Made by a program: the position numbers and the translations under genes. A stretch of 64,000 nucleotides of DNA from the NCBI GenBank assembly GCA_038108555.1, contig JAYNIA010000003.1:70381-134380 (forward strand), written 5' to 3'. This document shows, in pieces, positions 1 through 9,641 of the stretch; the stretch's first letter is position 1; each line of letters opens with the position of its first letter. The stretch comes from Nitrospinota bacterium. Lineage in GTDB: Bacteria > Nitrospinota > Nitrospinia > Nitrospinales > VA-1. The notes beneath the pieces are model-generated. The model ran no database searches. It was not told the origin of the DNA and worked only from the letters and a program-made list of their open reading frames with translations.

Positions 1-686
1 TAAAGCATGATGGGCTTTCCATGACTGGGAGCCTCACTCAATCGCACATTCCTCGGAATTACACTTTTCAAAAGAAAATCGCTGAAATATTTTTGTACCT
101 GATCCTTTACCTGGGTGGCCAGCAGAGTCCTTCCATCAAACATAGTCAATAAAATGCCTTCAACTTTTAGATCCGGGTTGATGGATTTTTTCACCAGCTT
201 AAGAGTTTTTAATAAATGACTGAGTCCCTGCAACGCATAGTATTCGCACTGCATCGGTATCAACACCGAATTGGACACCGCTAACGCATTCAAGGTTAAA
301 AGGCCCAACGAGGGCGGGCAATCTATAACCACAAATTCATATTCATCGATTTGATTCAGCGCCTGCTTTAAAACTTTTTCGCGGCAATCTTTTGCCACCA
401 GTTCAATTTCAGCGCCCGTTAAATCTACTCTCGAAGGAATTATTTTGAGAGTTTCTATCTCCGTTGAGCAAGTGACTTCCTTGACACTGGCTTCACCCAT
501 TAATAGTTCGTAAACCCCTTTTGCATCTTCCTCCACACCCAATCCACTGGAGGCATTTCCCTGAGGGTCCACATCTATCAACAAAACTTTTTTGCCCGAA
601 AGGGCTATTGACGCAGAAAGGTTGATTGCAGTGGTTGTTTTTCCCACGCCGCCTTTTTGGTTTGCAATGCTGATTATTTTGCTCAT
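1..686 (-). CDS. parA: Chromosome partitioning ATPase ParA/Soj (3' end runs off the window)
   Basis: Manual translation from ATG at 686: MSKIISIANQKGGVGKTTTAINLSAS...VLLIDVDPQGNASSGLG; deviant Walker A; later IDCPPSLG and IPMQCEYYALQG motifs. Absent from the ORF track because there is no stop in the window. Confidence 0.95.
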   Translation of the reverse strand, partial: MSKIISIANQKGGVGKTTTAINLSASIALSGKKVLLIDVDPQGNASSGLGVEEDAKGVYELLMGEASVKEVTCSTEIETLKIIPSRVDLTGAEIELVAKDCREKVLKQALNQIDEYEFVVIDCPPSLGLLTLNALAVSNSVLIPMQCEYYALQGLSHLLKTLKLVKKSINPDLKVEGILLTMFDGRTLLATQVKDQVQKYFSDFLLKSVIPRNVRLSEAPSHGKPIML

Positions 687-854
687 GGAGGTGAAATTTA
701 GGAGTTTTCAGGATTTTAACAAGTTGCCAAAAATAGTTGGGACGACTTTAAACCAAATTGCCTGAAATAATCTACCTAAAATTAGCATAAATCTTATTTA
801 CTAACAAATATATTTCCTTTTTTAGCAAATATTTACCCACTTCATTGGGTCCAA

Positions 855-870
855 TGTTTCACGTGAAACA
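855..870. promoter_or_regulatory. parS site (ParB binding)
   Basis: Perfect palindrome TGTTTCACGTGAAACA, the canonical parS consensus, upstream of parA. Confidence 0.95.
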
Positions 871-899
871 ATCAAATTGGGTGGGCTAAGTTCTGATAA

Positions 900-915
900 T
901 GTTTCACGTGAAACA
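900..915. promoter_or_regulatory. parS site (second copy)
   Basis: Identical palindrome TGTTTCACGTGAAACA, 45 bp after the first. Confidence 0.95.
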
Positions 916-920
916 ATTTT

Positions 921-1553
921 TCATGCTTGGGACTTTTCAAAAACCATAAGGCTGGAATGTTTATCATTGAATCCGGTCACCATCAATTTTTTCTTCAGTG
1001 AAAAACCATCAGCGGGGTTTAGAGCGTCCTTGATTTCCTCATGGTTTTTCTTCAGGACAACCTTCCCCCCCTCTCCCAAAAATGGGGAGGCTAAATATAG
1101 GCAGGTTTGTATATCTGAAACGGCTCTGAAAATTACTGCCTCGACCAATCCTTCGCTTTGAATATCTTCCGCCCTCTGGTTAACGACATTAATTCCCTTA
1201 AGACCAAGATTGAGAATTACGGCCTCGAGAAAGCTGCATCGTTTCCCCTGGCTATCAATTAATGTGATGGTTAATTCTGGATAAATAATTTTTAGAGGAA
1301 TGCCAGGAAACCCTCCTCCACTGCCTATATCTACTACCTTCTCATTCGGGAATATAACCCGGGCATATTGCAGGGAATCAAAAATATGGCGCTGAAGAAT
1401 TTCCAGGGCAGTTTTTTCTGAGGTGAGATTAATCTTCTGATTCCACTTTACCAGAAGTTCCAGATAATCACTAAACTGGGTCACCATTGTATTGGTGATA
1501 TTTTGGGAGGTTAATTCCAGGCGGGGATCTTCTAAAACTTCCTTTATATCCAT
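921..1553 (-). CDS. rsmG: 16S rRNA m7G527 methyltransferase RsmG (GidB)
   Basis: WNQKINLTS, RHIFDSL, DIGSGGGFPGIPL, RAED motifs; usual position upstream of parA. Confidence 0.95.
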   Translation of the reverse strand: MDIKEVLEDPRLELTSQNITNTMVTQFSDYLELLVKWNQKINLTSEKTALEILQRHIFDSLQYARVIFPNEKVVDIGSGGGFPGIPLKIIYPELTITLIDSQGKRCSFLEAVILNLGLKGINVVNQRAEDIQSEGLVEAVIFRAVSDIQTCLYLASPFLGEGGKVVLKKNHEEIKDALNPADGFSLKKKLMVTGFNDKHSSLMVFEKSQA

Positions 1554-1583
1554 TTGGGGGAATATTTTAGAAATAGGGCTGAA

Positions 1584-2564
1584 TCAGCCTTTCAATATTT
1601 TTTTGAATTCCTGGGTCAGCAAGGGGACAATTTTTATGGCATCGCCAACAATTCCATAATCAGCTACAGAAAATATGGCGGCATGGGGATCGGTGTTAAT
1701 TGCAACAATGCAGCGCGAGGAAGACATCCCTGCTAGATGCTGCACCGCACCTGAAATTCCGCAGGCAATATACAAATCGGGGGAAACCGTTCTACCGGTT
1801 TGACCTACCTGATGGGTATATTCCTGCCAACCGTTATCCACCACTGGTCGAGACGCTGCCACCGCTGCACCTAGTACTTCCGCCAGGTCTTCGAGCAACT
1901 TAAAGTTTTCAGGCCCCTGCATACCCAGTCCACCGGAGACAATTATTCGGGCTTCTGTAATATCCAACTCGGCCCCTACTTCTCTGACAAGTCCTTTTAC
2001 AATCACTGAAAAATCTGGAAGACTAGCCTCAATTTTTTCAACCTCGCCGGTCCGGGATTCATCTGCACCTTCCCCTCTAAAGACATTCGGACGTAAGGTA
2101 ACAAGATAGGGTTTGGGACCTTTCAATTGGCAAAGGGAATGTGCCTTACCAGAAAACAGCGGCCTTTTGACCATTAACTCCCCTTCTTCTGAGAGCTGCA
2201 GGTCAATACAATCGGTGGCTAACCCAACCTTCAATTGGGTGGCAACCGCTGCCGCAAGCTCCTTCCCATTATTGGAGGCTGACATTAGGACCAGATCGGG
2301 TTGAGAGTTTTCAATCTCACTCACCAGACCCGAAGTATATGCTTCGTGGGTGTAGTTTTCAAAGTCGGGATGAGAGCAAACATTCACCTTATCTGCCCCC
2401 TCTTGAATTAAAGCTTGCGAATCCACATCGGGATTGCTGGAAAAATATAATGCGGTTATTGACTCAGATATTTTACCGGCTGCATTTAGAACTTCAAAGG
2501 TAACCGGCTTGATTCCATTTTGGTCGTGCTCTACGACCACAGCTATAGATAGGCTTTTTTCCAC
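1584..2564 (-). CDS. etfA: Electron transfer flavoprotein alpha subunit
   Basis: VSGGLG, ASRPVVD, QVGQTGRTVSPDLYIACGISGAVQHLAGM FAD-binding motifs. Confidence 0.95.
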   Translation of the reverse strand: MEKSLSIAVVVEHDQNGIKPVTFEVLNAAGKISESITALYFSSNPDVDSQALIQEGADKVNVCSHPDFENYTHEAYTSGLVSEIENSQPDLVLMSASNNGKELAAAVATQLKVGLATDCIDLQLSEEGELMVKRPLFSGKAHSLCQLKGPKPYLVTLRPNVFRGEGADESRTGEVEKIEASLPDFSVIVKGLVREVGAELDITEARIIVSGGLGMQGPENFKLLEDLAEVLGAAVAASRPVVDNGWQEYTHQVGQTGRTVSPDLYIACGISGAVQHLAGMSSSRCIVAINTDPHAAIFSVADYGIVGDAIKIVPLLTQEFKKILKG

Positions 2565-2707
2565 GGGAAACGCTCAGTTATTTTATTAATTTGAAAAGGA
2601 GGAAGGATAACCCAGTCGCAAAAAAACTACAACGGAGAAAAAAGGAGGAAGAATTAAAACAAAATTTTTGAAATTATAGGCTAGGCCCATTTATGCAAAA
2701 ATATAAA

Positions 2708-2875
2708 TCAATACTTGCCGGGAGGCCTGAATAAAGGCAGATCGAGAATCCATTCCACTTCCCAGATTTCTCCAATAGTGCCAAGTCCAAGTAAAAGGAC
2801 ATAAACAACAAGTGCAGCCAACCCTAACTTTTCTTTATTTTTTTGAAAAAAATTTTGGTCGGTGGTTTCATTCAT
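2708..2875 (-). CDS. Small single-TM membrane protein (55 aa), below the ORF track cutoff
   Basis: Manual translation MNETTDQNFFQKNKEKLGLAALVVYVLLLGLGTIGEIWEVEWILDLPLFRPPGKY; AGAGGA RBS upstream; co-oriented between etfB and etfA. Confidence 0.65.
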   Translation of the reverse strand: MNETTDQNFFQKNKEKLGLAALVVYVLLLGLGTIGEIWEVEWILDLPLFRPPGKY

Positions 2876-2895
2876 TTTGAAAAAATCCTCTAAAA

Positions 2896-3687
2896 TTAAA
2901 TGATCTTTTCTTCTTCACGGATGATGGTCGCCAACTGTTTAGCCATTTCTTCATCCGTACCCTCGAGAATTATTCCCTTTTTCCTCTCAGGAGGCAAGGA
3001 GAGTTTTATTTCCTGCAATTTGTTATTTTCGGGATTTAGCGCTTCCGCATCCAACCCCAAATCTGTTGCGGAAAGGTTCTGGATCTCTTTTTTCTTGGCA
3101 GCCATTATTCCTTTTAAGGAAGGAAGACGGGGTTCATTCAAACCTTTCTGACAAGTGGCAAGAAAAGGCAAAGTCATATTTTTTCGAATTTCACTTCCCC
3201 CTTCGATCTGCCGGGTGATGTCTGCCGATTTAAAATCATCTGAAAATTGAATTTTGGTAACAATGGTAACAAAGGGTATTTCCAACAAAACAGCCAGTGC
3301 TGGTCCCACTTGAGCCATATCATCATCGACAGCCTGCCGACCGCAAAGAACAAGATCAAAAGAATGTTTTTGAACAGCCCTGGCTAAAACACTCGCCACA
3401 AGAGAATTGTCAATTCCATCGAATAACGGATCTGATATATGAACCGCATGATCAGCACCCATGGCCAGAGCTCTTTTCAGGGTTTCTTTTACGCTGTCGG
3501 GTCCCAGGGATAAAACCGTAATTTCCGAATCCGGCAAAGCGGTTTTAATGCGAACGGCTTCTTCGACGGCAAATTCGTCGTAAGGATTCATGATAAAGGG
3601 ACTGCCAGGAGAAACTATTTTTTCATCCTGGATTTCAATCTTAGCCCCGGTATCCAGCACCTGTTTAATACAAACAATTATTTTCAT
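2896..3687 (-). CDS. etfB: Electron transfer flavoprotein beta subunit
   Basis: MKIIVCIKQV, NPYDEFAVEEA, ALAMGAD, CGRQAVDDD, NEPRLPSLKGIMAAKKK. Confidence 0.95.
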   Translation of the reverse strand: MKIIVCIKQVLDTGAKIEIQDEKIVSPGSPFIMNPYDEFAVEEAVRIKTALPDSEITVLSLGPDSVKETLKRALAMGADHAVHISDPLFDGIDNSLVASVLARAVQKHSFDLVLCGRQAVDDDMAQVGPALAVLLEIPFVTIVTKIQFSDDFKSADITRQIEGGSEIRKNMTLPFLATCQKGLNEPRLPSLKGIMAAKKKEIQNLSATDLGLDAEALNPENNKLQEIKLSLPPERKKGIILEGTDEEMAKQLATIIREEEKII

Positions 3688-3761
3688 TTAAAAATTCAAT
3701 AGCCTAGTGACTGTCATAATCTATTATGTCATTGAACATTTAAATATAAAAACTAAACTTT

Positions 3762-4115
3762 TTATTTTAAAAATTTACTTATTTTCTTCAATCCCGCTTT
3801 GACATGTTCACGCAGGGCTTGCGGACTGATCTTCATTATTTTCGCTGCAAGATTCTTTTTAAGTCCGCCATAGAACACAAGGGAAACAGCAACAATCTGG
3901 CGGTCGGTCAGCCCCATACTGCCAATGTCGATGGATTGTTCTTTAAGATAGGAAAATTCTCCCTGAGGTTGGAATTCTAAACAATCACTATCCAACCCTT
4001 GAATATTGCTTAAAATTTCCAACTCATCTGAGGGAAAATACCTTAAATGATAATCCCCTTCTAGTTCCTTCAGGGACAATTCCTCTTTATTAATACCCAA
4101 CCCTGAATCAAACAT
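3762..4115 (-). CDS. Sigma-70 region 4-like HTH protein, putative activator of the phage-like operon
   Basis: C-terminal LTDRQIVAVSLVFYGGLKKNLAAKIMKISPQALREHVKAGLKKI fits a sigma r4 HTH; ATG at 4115 overlaps the stop of the upstream ORF (track start 4166). Confidence 0.6.
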   Translation of the reverse strand: MFDSGLGINKEELSLKELEGDYHLRYFPSDELEILSNIQGLDSDCLEFQPQGEFSYLKEQSIDIGSMGLTDRQIVAVSLVFYGGLKKNLAAKIMKISPQALREHVKAGLKKISKFLK

Positions 4116-4533
4116 TCCAGTACCTTTCGAAATATTTTTTAAATTGATGACCCTCATAAGCGACAAAATATGGAAACCATTTTGGTGGTCGTAATTCCGT
4201 CAGGTCTGATTTTAATCTCCCAGGTAGGGAGTCAGGTAATCCTGATATGGGGATTCCATTTATAAACATTTTGTCCTGGGAAACGGACACTCTCCAATAT
4301 TCCCTCCCAATTTTAAAGTGAAACCACCACGCCTCTAGATCAATTTTGCCCTGGTATAAATAGTTACCGCAATACAAACACCTCCACCCCACTTGGGTTC
4401 GATACAAACCACGCAAACCACATCCTCTTGATATTTCTTCCCCACTTTCGAGCAGGATTTTCTTTTTGAAACACTCTTTGAGATATTTTTCCTTTTTATG
4501 AAGCTTGTTATTCTTTATCTTGATTTTTGCCAT
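4108..4533 (-). CDS. Hypothetical basic protein with Cys motifs (possible Zn ribbon)
   Basis: 141 aa ORF with GGGAG RBS; RGCG and CLYCG motifs; divergent from the repressor. Confidence 0.55.
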   Translation of the reverse strand: MAKIKIKNNKLHKKEKYLKECFKKKILLESGEEISRGCGLRGLYRTQVGWRCLYCGNYLYQGKIDLEAWWFHFKIGREYWRVSVSQDKMFINGIPISGLPDSLPGRLKSDLTELRPPKWFPYFVAYEGHQFKKYFERYWNV

Positions 4534-4785
4534 AATCCATCTCCCAACTTTACAAACCCAAAATATATAAACATATCCAATTTTTTGGCTATATTAATTT
4601 AAAACTATTAAATTTCATCCCGTACTATTCAAAATTATCCCCAAAAAATGCTATAATTGCTGAAATATGTTTTGATAATGCCAATACCTAGGAGCATAAA
4701 TCTTTATCAAACATCCTTTTTCCGAAACTTTAAAAGCACCCGTTTGAGCTTCGGAATTGGGACATTTTTCATTCAACCGAATATT

Positions 4786-4814
4786 AATATGAGACAATAG
4801 TCCCTATTTGTCAA
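4786..4814 (-). promoter_or_regulatory. Sigma70-type promoter divergent from the repressor, with an imperfect inverted repeat in the spacer
   Basis: Minus strand TTGACA-N17-CATATT; spacer contains GACAAATAG-GGA-CTATTGTC. Confidence 0.5.
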
Positions 4815-4830
4815 GTTTTTTTTAAAACTC

Positions 4831-5724
4831 ATGCCCATAAAAAATAGGATTTGGGAAAGAATAAAAGCATTACCGGGAAGTGATAATCTGGCAAAGTTTT
4901 GTCGGGAGGTAGGCTTAAATTATGAAAGTTATCGGAAAAGTTACCAGAGGAGTAATGGGCCTCCGGACTCCATAGCGTTGGAAAAAATAGCAAGCCATTT
5001 CGGATTGAATTTGAATTGGCTGATAACGGGTAAAGATTCGCTTAGTCCTATCAATCAAATCATCGGAAAAAAACTAAGGGAATATAGAAAGGCGAAAGGC
5101 TGGACCCTTGAGCAATTTGGGCAATATCTTGAAATGGTTCCGCAGATATTAAAAAATTACGAAAATGGAAGTTTGCCGGTTACTTTTGACTTAATAATTA
5201 CCCTATCCGAAAAAATGAACATACCCGCCCACGAATTGATAAAAGAAGGGGGTGCGGCGTCTGTTCAAACCCCCGAGCTTAAAGTGTTTCAACCTGCAAG
5301 TATGTCGAATACACCGGCCATAAAAAGCGAAGATTATGTATCTATTCCCTTAACAGATTCCTCCATCGCAGCAGGCCAACCCATTATTCAGGAAAACAAC
5401 ATTGAAGATTACGTTCTCCTCCACATTCGGGCTGCTGGAAAAAGAAATAATCTGGTTGCCAGTCGGGTAGATGGGGAATCAATGGAGCCCATGCTTCATT
5501 CAGGGGATATTGTGGTTATAGATCGGGATGATAAAAAATGGTCCAAAAATAGAATTTTTGCAATATTCCATGAAGGGGGTTTGACCGCCAAATATTTAGA
5601 GAAACAAAAAAACCTGCTCCTGCTCAGGCCTATCAACCCCCTTTCCCAAGTGCAGATCATCAACCTGGATGAAAACCCAGATCCTGTTGTGGGTCGGGTT
5701 ATTGGCGCGTGGAAAGAGTTATAA
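4831..5724 (+). CDS. CI/LexA-like repressor: two XRE HTH domains plus S24 autoprotease
   Basis: LNWLITG and LREYRKAKGWTLEQFG HTH motifs; Ala-Gly cleavage site (IAAG); catalytic Ser (GESMEP) and Lys (TAKYL). Confidence 0.88.
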   Translation: MPIKNRIWERIKALPGSDNLAKFCREVGLNYESYRKSYQRSNGPPDSIALEKIASHFGLNLNWLITGKDSLSPINQIIGKKLREYRKAKGWTLEQFGQYLEMVPQILKNYENGSLPVTFDLIITLSEKMNIPAHELIKEGGAASVQTPELKVFQPASMSNTPAIKSEDYVSIPLTDSSIAAGQPIIQENNIEDYVLLHIRAAGKRNNLVASRVDGESMEPMLHSGDIVVIDRDDKKWSKNRIFAIFHEGGLTAKYLEKQKNLLLLRPINPLSQVQIINLDENPDPVVGRVIGAWKEL

Positions 5725-5785
5725 ATCCCTATCTATTTGCATTTTTTAGTTTTACAACAAATTCTGGTGGGGCATAATACTATTC

Positions 5786-6208
5786 ATGGAAGAAAAGAAA
5801 AAAGACACAGGCCCCCCTCTCAAAATTTTACTGGCCGATGACACAGCGGTAAATGTTGCTTTAGCAACCAAATTAATGAAAAGAAGGGGTCATGACATTA
5901 CCACGGTCGAAAATGGTCTTGAGGCCTTTGAAGCCTTTCAAAAGGATTCTTTCGATGTAATTCTTATGGATATCCACATGCCTGTTATGGATGGTTTGGA
6001 GTCCACCAAAAAAATAAGGGAATTCGAAACATCCAATCCTTCCAAGGCTCCCACACCTATTATCGCTATGACCGCAAATAACGAGCAAAGCGATCACGAA
6101 ATCTATTTGAATAGTGGAATGAATGGAATCATTACCAAACCTTTAGAAATAAAAAAGGTTGTTTTCCAAATTCGGGAAATAATTGAAAAATTCCAGGCTC
6201 AATCCTGA
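5786..6208 (+). CDS. Single-domain response regulator (receiver)
   Basis: ILLADD, ILMDIHMPVMDG, IIAMTAN, TKP. Confidence 0.9.
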   Translation: MEEKKKDTGPPLKILLADDTAVNVALATKLMKRRGHDITTVENGLEAFEAFQKDSFDVILMDIHMPVMDGLESTKKIREFETSNPSKAPTPIIAMTANNEQSDHEIYLNSGMNGIITKPLEIKKVVFQIREIIEKFQAQS

Positions 6209-6224
6209 AAATCCCCTCTCTGTT

Positions 6225-6686
6225 TTATATTGTTGCAATTGCTTCCTTTTGAAATAAGACTGTAACAATAATTTTATCCCCCGGATTACCGGAACCCACT
6301 TGTGAGAATTTCAAACCCAATCGATCACTAATTGAAAATACAACTTTTGTAGAAAGCGAAGTTTTTTCATATTGATTCCCATCAGTCAATGTCGCTTCAT
6401 TATTTTGTGCTATAGAGTTTTTTAATATATCAATCTTAAGGTCCTGCCCTGTGGGAGGATTGAGAGAAAAAATTCCTATGGCCCGAACTGCAATTGTTTC
6501 TTCAGGAACAAATCCATCAAAAAAAACCGTTTCATCAATGGCAGGACCATGAACGGAAAGGGTAAAACAAAGGAGGCTCCCCAAATCGTCAACGGCATTG
6601 GCAAATTCTGTATATTCGGTCTCCCAGTTCAAATCCCCGGCACCGGGTATGGGAAGGTTTAAATTGTTGGTGAAAGTGTTAGCCAT
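6225..6686 (-). CDS. Putative small tail fibre / tail tip protein
   Basis: N-terminus (TNNLNLPIPGAGDLNW) resembles phage fibre attachment segments; last gene of the tail module. Confidence 0.5.
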   Translation of the reverse strand: MANTFTNNLNLPIPGAGDLNWETEYTEFANAVDDLGSLLCFTLSVHGPAIDETVFFDGFVPEETIAVRAIGIFSLNPPTGQDLKIDILKNSIAQNNEATLTDGNQYEKTSLSTKVVFSISDRLGLKFSQVGSGNPGDKIIVTVLFQKEAIATI

Positions 6687-6721
6687 TCATTGCCTCCTGA
6701 TATTGGTATTTGTATCGTCCT

Positions 6722-9616
6722 TTAATTTCTTTCCAGGCCTGCAAAACCACTGGTACCAAATTCCTGCAATCCAAACCCGGCATTGCCAATAAATCCACCC
6801 ATTTGTCTGGCAAAAATTTTTATTGAATCCATCCTATTTTCAATTCCAGAACCCACGACTCTTTCCGATCCAAGAACAAGTGCCCTAATATTTTGAAGCT
6901 CATGAGTAGGTGGATTTATTTCAATGATGTCCCCTTTTTCTATTTCCATATTGTCTAGAAGCAGTGAAATTTCATAAACATCCCTGGGTTCCTTAAACTC
7001 ATGTAAATAAAAATTTCCAATATCTTTGGCCATGGGTTGGTCCCGGATCCAGTTAAAGTCAAACCCGTGGGGATTTTCTTTAATTCCAAATTTTTTTTGG
7101 GACTCCATATCAAATAAATTTTCAACCGCCTGAAAATTATCCCCTACCCAGTTTCTTTTAAACTTGAGAACAATATAGTTAACAACATTACTAACCGGGT
7201 TACGCTTTGCCTTGAATCCAATTACCCCATTGGGATCAATTAAAACCATATTGTTGGGAATAATTTTGTTTATAGCCGTTTCTGTTGTAGAAAAATTTAA
7301 GGGGCGAAATAAAATTTTTGCCTGCCCAAGGTCCCAGTAAAAATAAGCCCGGCATTCCTTCCCCCATTGTTGCCACAACTCCTGGTAGGAAATCTTTTCC
7401 TTCAAAATACCCGCAAAGGAGTAACCCGAATTTTCAAACAAAACCCCAGCCTGATCCATGAAAGTAGCATCAATGTTAGAGGAATCCAATCCCAACCCTT
7501 GAACCAGAGACCATTTATAAACATGGTCGGGACGCTCGATCAGCGAATTTTGGACTCCGGTAATGCTTCCCGACAAGTCATCTTTAACCCCTTCAATGGT
7601 AGCGGAGACATTATCGGTAAATTCAATTCGTCTTCTTGCATATTCTATTTCGTAAGCCAGATGAACGATGAAAGCAGTTCTTCCATCACTTGATCCGTTA
7701 TATTGAATCTGACTCTCCCGGTTTTTAAACCAGGCCCAATCTCCATTCACATGGGAAGAAATATCAATTAAATCAACAACACTTCGGGTAGCTTTTTCAG
7801 CAGTAGAATTTACAGAGGGACTTGAAGAGTGAGCGGTTATTTCTCCTGCCTTTGAAGTAAAAGTATTTGTTGCTTGTGAAGAAACCGAATCGGGGGTTGC
7901 CATGGTAATAACCCGGGTGGCTGATCGAATATAAAAACTAATAAAAGTAGTATTGTGGCTAATTACAATTGTATTGCAGGCGTTATTAATGTTTCCCCCG
8001 GTGGTATAGTTCTGAGCGGTTCCGCTTATGGACCAAAGCTGATAACCGAACGATCCGTTACATTGCGAAGTCGCAGATACTGCCTTGAAAGATCCACCTG
8101 ATGCTGTTCCAGTCCATTCAAAAGCGATTCCATATTCTGCGGTATCCCAAGTACCCGGTCCCGGATCAGCGAAAGTAATAGTATGTGTTTGACCCGACGA
8201 CAATGATATTACCTGCCCGCCTACACCGGATAATGCATTCTGAGTAATCTTTTGCGGGTTAGCTTCTGTATGTTGATGTTCCGGATCGCTGATAGGAAAC
8301 CCCAATGTGTCCAAATGAGTATGAGTGATATCCGTCGTACCGCTTGCCACAATGACATCATCAACAGCGGGAGGTGACAAGGTTCCCACCTGACCGATAC
8401 CAGAAATATGTGCAGTTAAACTATCATTGGGTAATTTTTCCTCAACAAAATGCTCGACCCTTAAAAATACTTTTCCAATTTCCCCAATTCTGGGCAAATC
8501 ATCCGTTTGATTTAAAGAAAGTAAATTATTGTTCTGGTTGATTTTTGCATAATTTGTAGGGCTATTGGGTATGGCAGCATTTATGGGATCAACAGCATTA
8601 TTACCCGTGCCTACCTGATCGTTTTGCACCTGAAGGAATTTGGTGTCAATGGAATCCGATTTTTTAGGTTTGGAGCTGAAAACCACTTCTCCCAGATTTA
8701 CATCCGTCACATAATCCAGGGGGTCGGCAAGATGCCCATCCACTTTCACATTGGAAATTTGTTTTATGGGAAAGGCAGGGTCACTGAATAAATAGCGATG
8801 ATCTGAGACTTTTTCCAACACGGAATCATCCGCGTAATGAAACTCATTAATCCCACTGCATCCCAAAAACTGGGTTGAATTGATACTTGAATAATTAATT
8901 TCATCATCATTGACTATTAAAGTCCCCGAAGGAGGGAAGTTCTCAGTCGAGGCCACGGTTAAAATCGTGCCTCCTGGAATAGCCACTGAAGTTAAAATTG
9001 TTTTTTGGGATTTTCGAACTAAAACGCCGGGGGCATTATCAATATTCCCAATAACAATAGGTTTGGTTTTTCCCAGTGAATTTTCCGGAGCATTTGGATA
9101 GTCACTCAGATTGATGGAATTCCCAATAATATTCGCCCCATAACTTTCTGAAATATCGATTAAATCAAAGGAGCAAATGGATTCATCAAAATTAACAGGG
9201 TCTCCTATACGAGCCACGAAAATTTCTGCAAAATCTGAACTCGCTAAACCTTCACCATCAAACCATTGGTAAATCTTAACAATTGCCGATTCAGGAGGAC
9301 GATGGCGGAACAAATTTGAAAACCTTTTACCCGAACCAATGAAATTTACAGGCGTATTGACAAGTTGAACTGTTAAACTACTTCCGGAATTGTTTGACAA
9401 AATATCGGAGGAAATCAGCCTGTCAATATTACCCATATCCTTTACTAAGGGAAACCAATCAACTCCATCGATATTTATTCCATCCCGATCTGTCAACCGC
9501 AGTTGCAGGGCTGGCAGCCCATTTATTTCTGGCCAATCTATTTGCATGAGATTAACCGGAGCATTCGCTTTTTTGTTTCGGGCTGCATTTAAACCTGTTG
9601 TAAAATCCGTTCTCAT
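6722..9616 (-). CDS. Large tail tip / baseplate hub protein (964 aa)
   Basis: Position after tape measure and Dit-like gene; GKTKPIVIG hub-like motif; central Thr/Ser/Gly-rich beta region. Confidence 0.7.
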   Translation of the reverse strand: MRTDFTTGLNAARNKKANAPVNLMQIDWPEINGLPALQLRLTDRDGINIDGVDWFPLVKDMGNIDRLISSDILSNNSGSSLTVQLVNTPVNFIGSGKRFSNLFRHRPPESAIVKIYQWFDGEGLASSDFAEIFVARIGDPVNFDESICSFDLIDISESYGANIIGNSINLSDYPNAPENSLGKTKPIVIGNIDNAPGVLVRKSQKTILTSVAIPGGTILTVASTENFPPSGTLIVNDDEINYSSINSTQFLGCSGINEFHYADDSVLEKVSDHRYLFSDPAFPIKQISNVKVDGHLADPLDYVTDVNLGEVVFSSKPKKSDSIDTKFLQVQNDQVGTGNNAVDPINAAIPNSPTNYAKINQNNNLLSLNQTDDLPRIGEIGKVFLRVEHFVEEKLPNDSLTAHISGIGQVGTLSPPAVDDVIVASGTTDITHTHLDTLGFPISDPEHQHTEANPQKITQNALSGVGGQVISLSSGQTHTITFADPGPGTWDTAEYGIAFEWTGTASGGSFKAVSATSQCNGSFGYQLWSISGTAQNYTTGGNINNACNTIVISHNTTFISFYIRSATRVITMATPDSVSSQATNTFTSKAGEITAHSSSPSVNSTAEKATRSVVDLIDISSHVNGDWAWFKNRESQIQYNGSSDGRTAFIVHLAYEIEYARRRIEFTDNVSATIEGVKDDLSGSITGVQNSLIERPDHVYKWSLVQGLGLDSSNIDATFMDQAGVLFENSGYSFAGILKEKISYQELWQQWGKECRAYFYWDLGQAKILFRPLNFSTTETAINKIIPNNMVLIDPNGVIGFKAKRNPVSNVVNYIVLKFKRNWVGDNFQAVENLFDMESQKKFGIKENPHGFDFNWIRDQPMAKDIGNFYLHEFKEPRDVYEISLLLDNMEIEKGDIIEINPPTHELQNIRALVLGSERVVGSGIENRMDSIKIFARQMGGFIGNAGFGLQEFGTSGFAGLERN

Positions 9617-9641
9617 ATATTTTCCTAACAGAAAAATGCAT

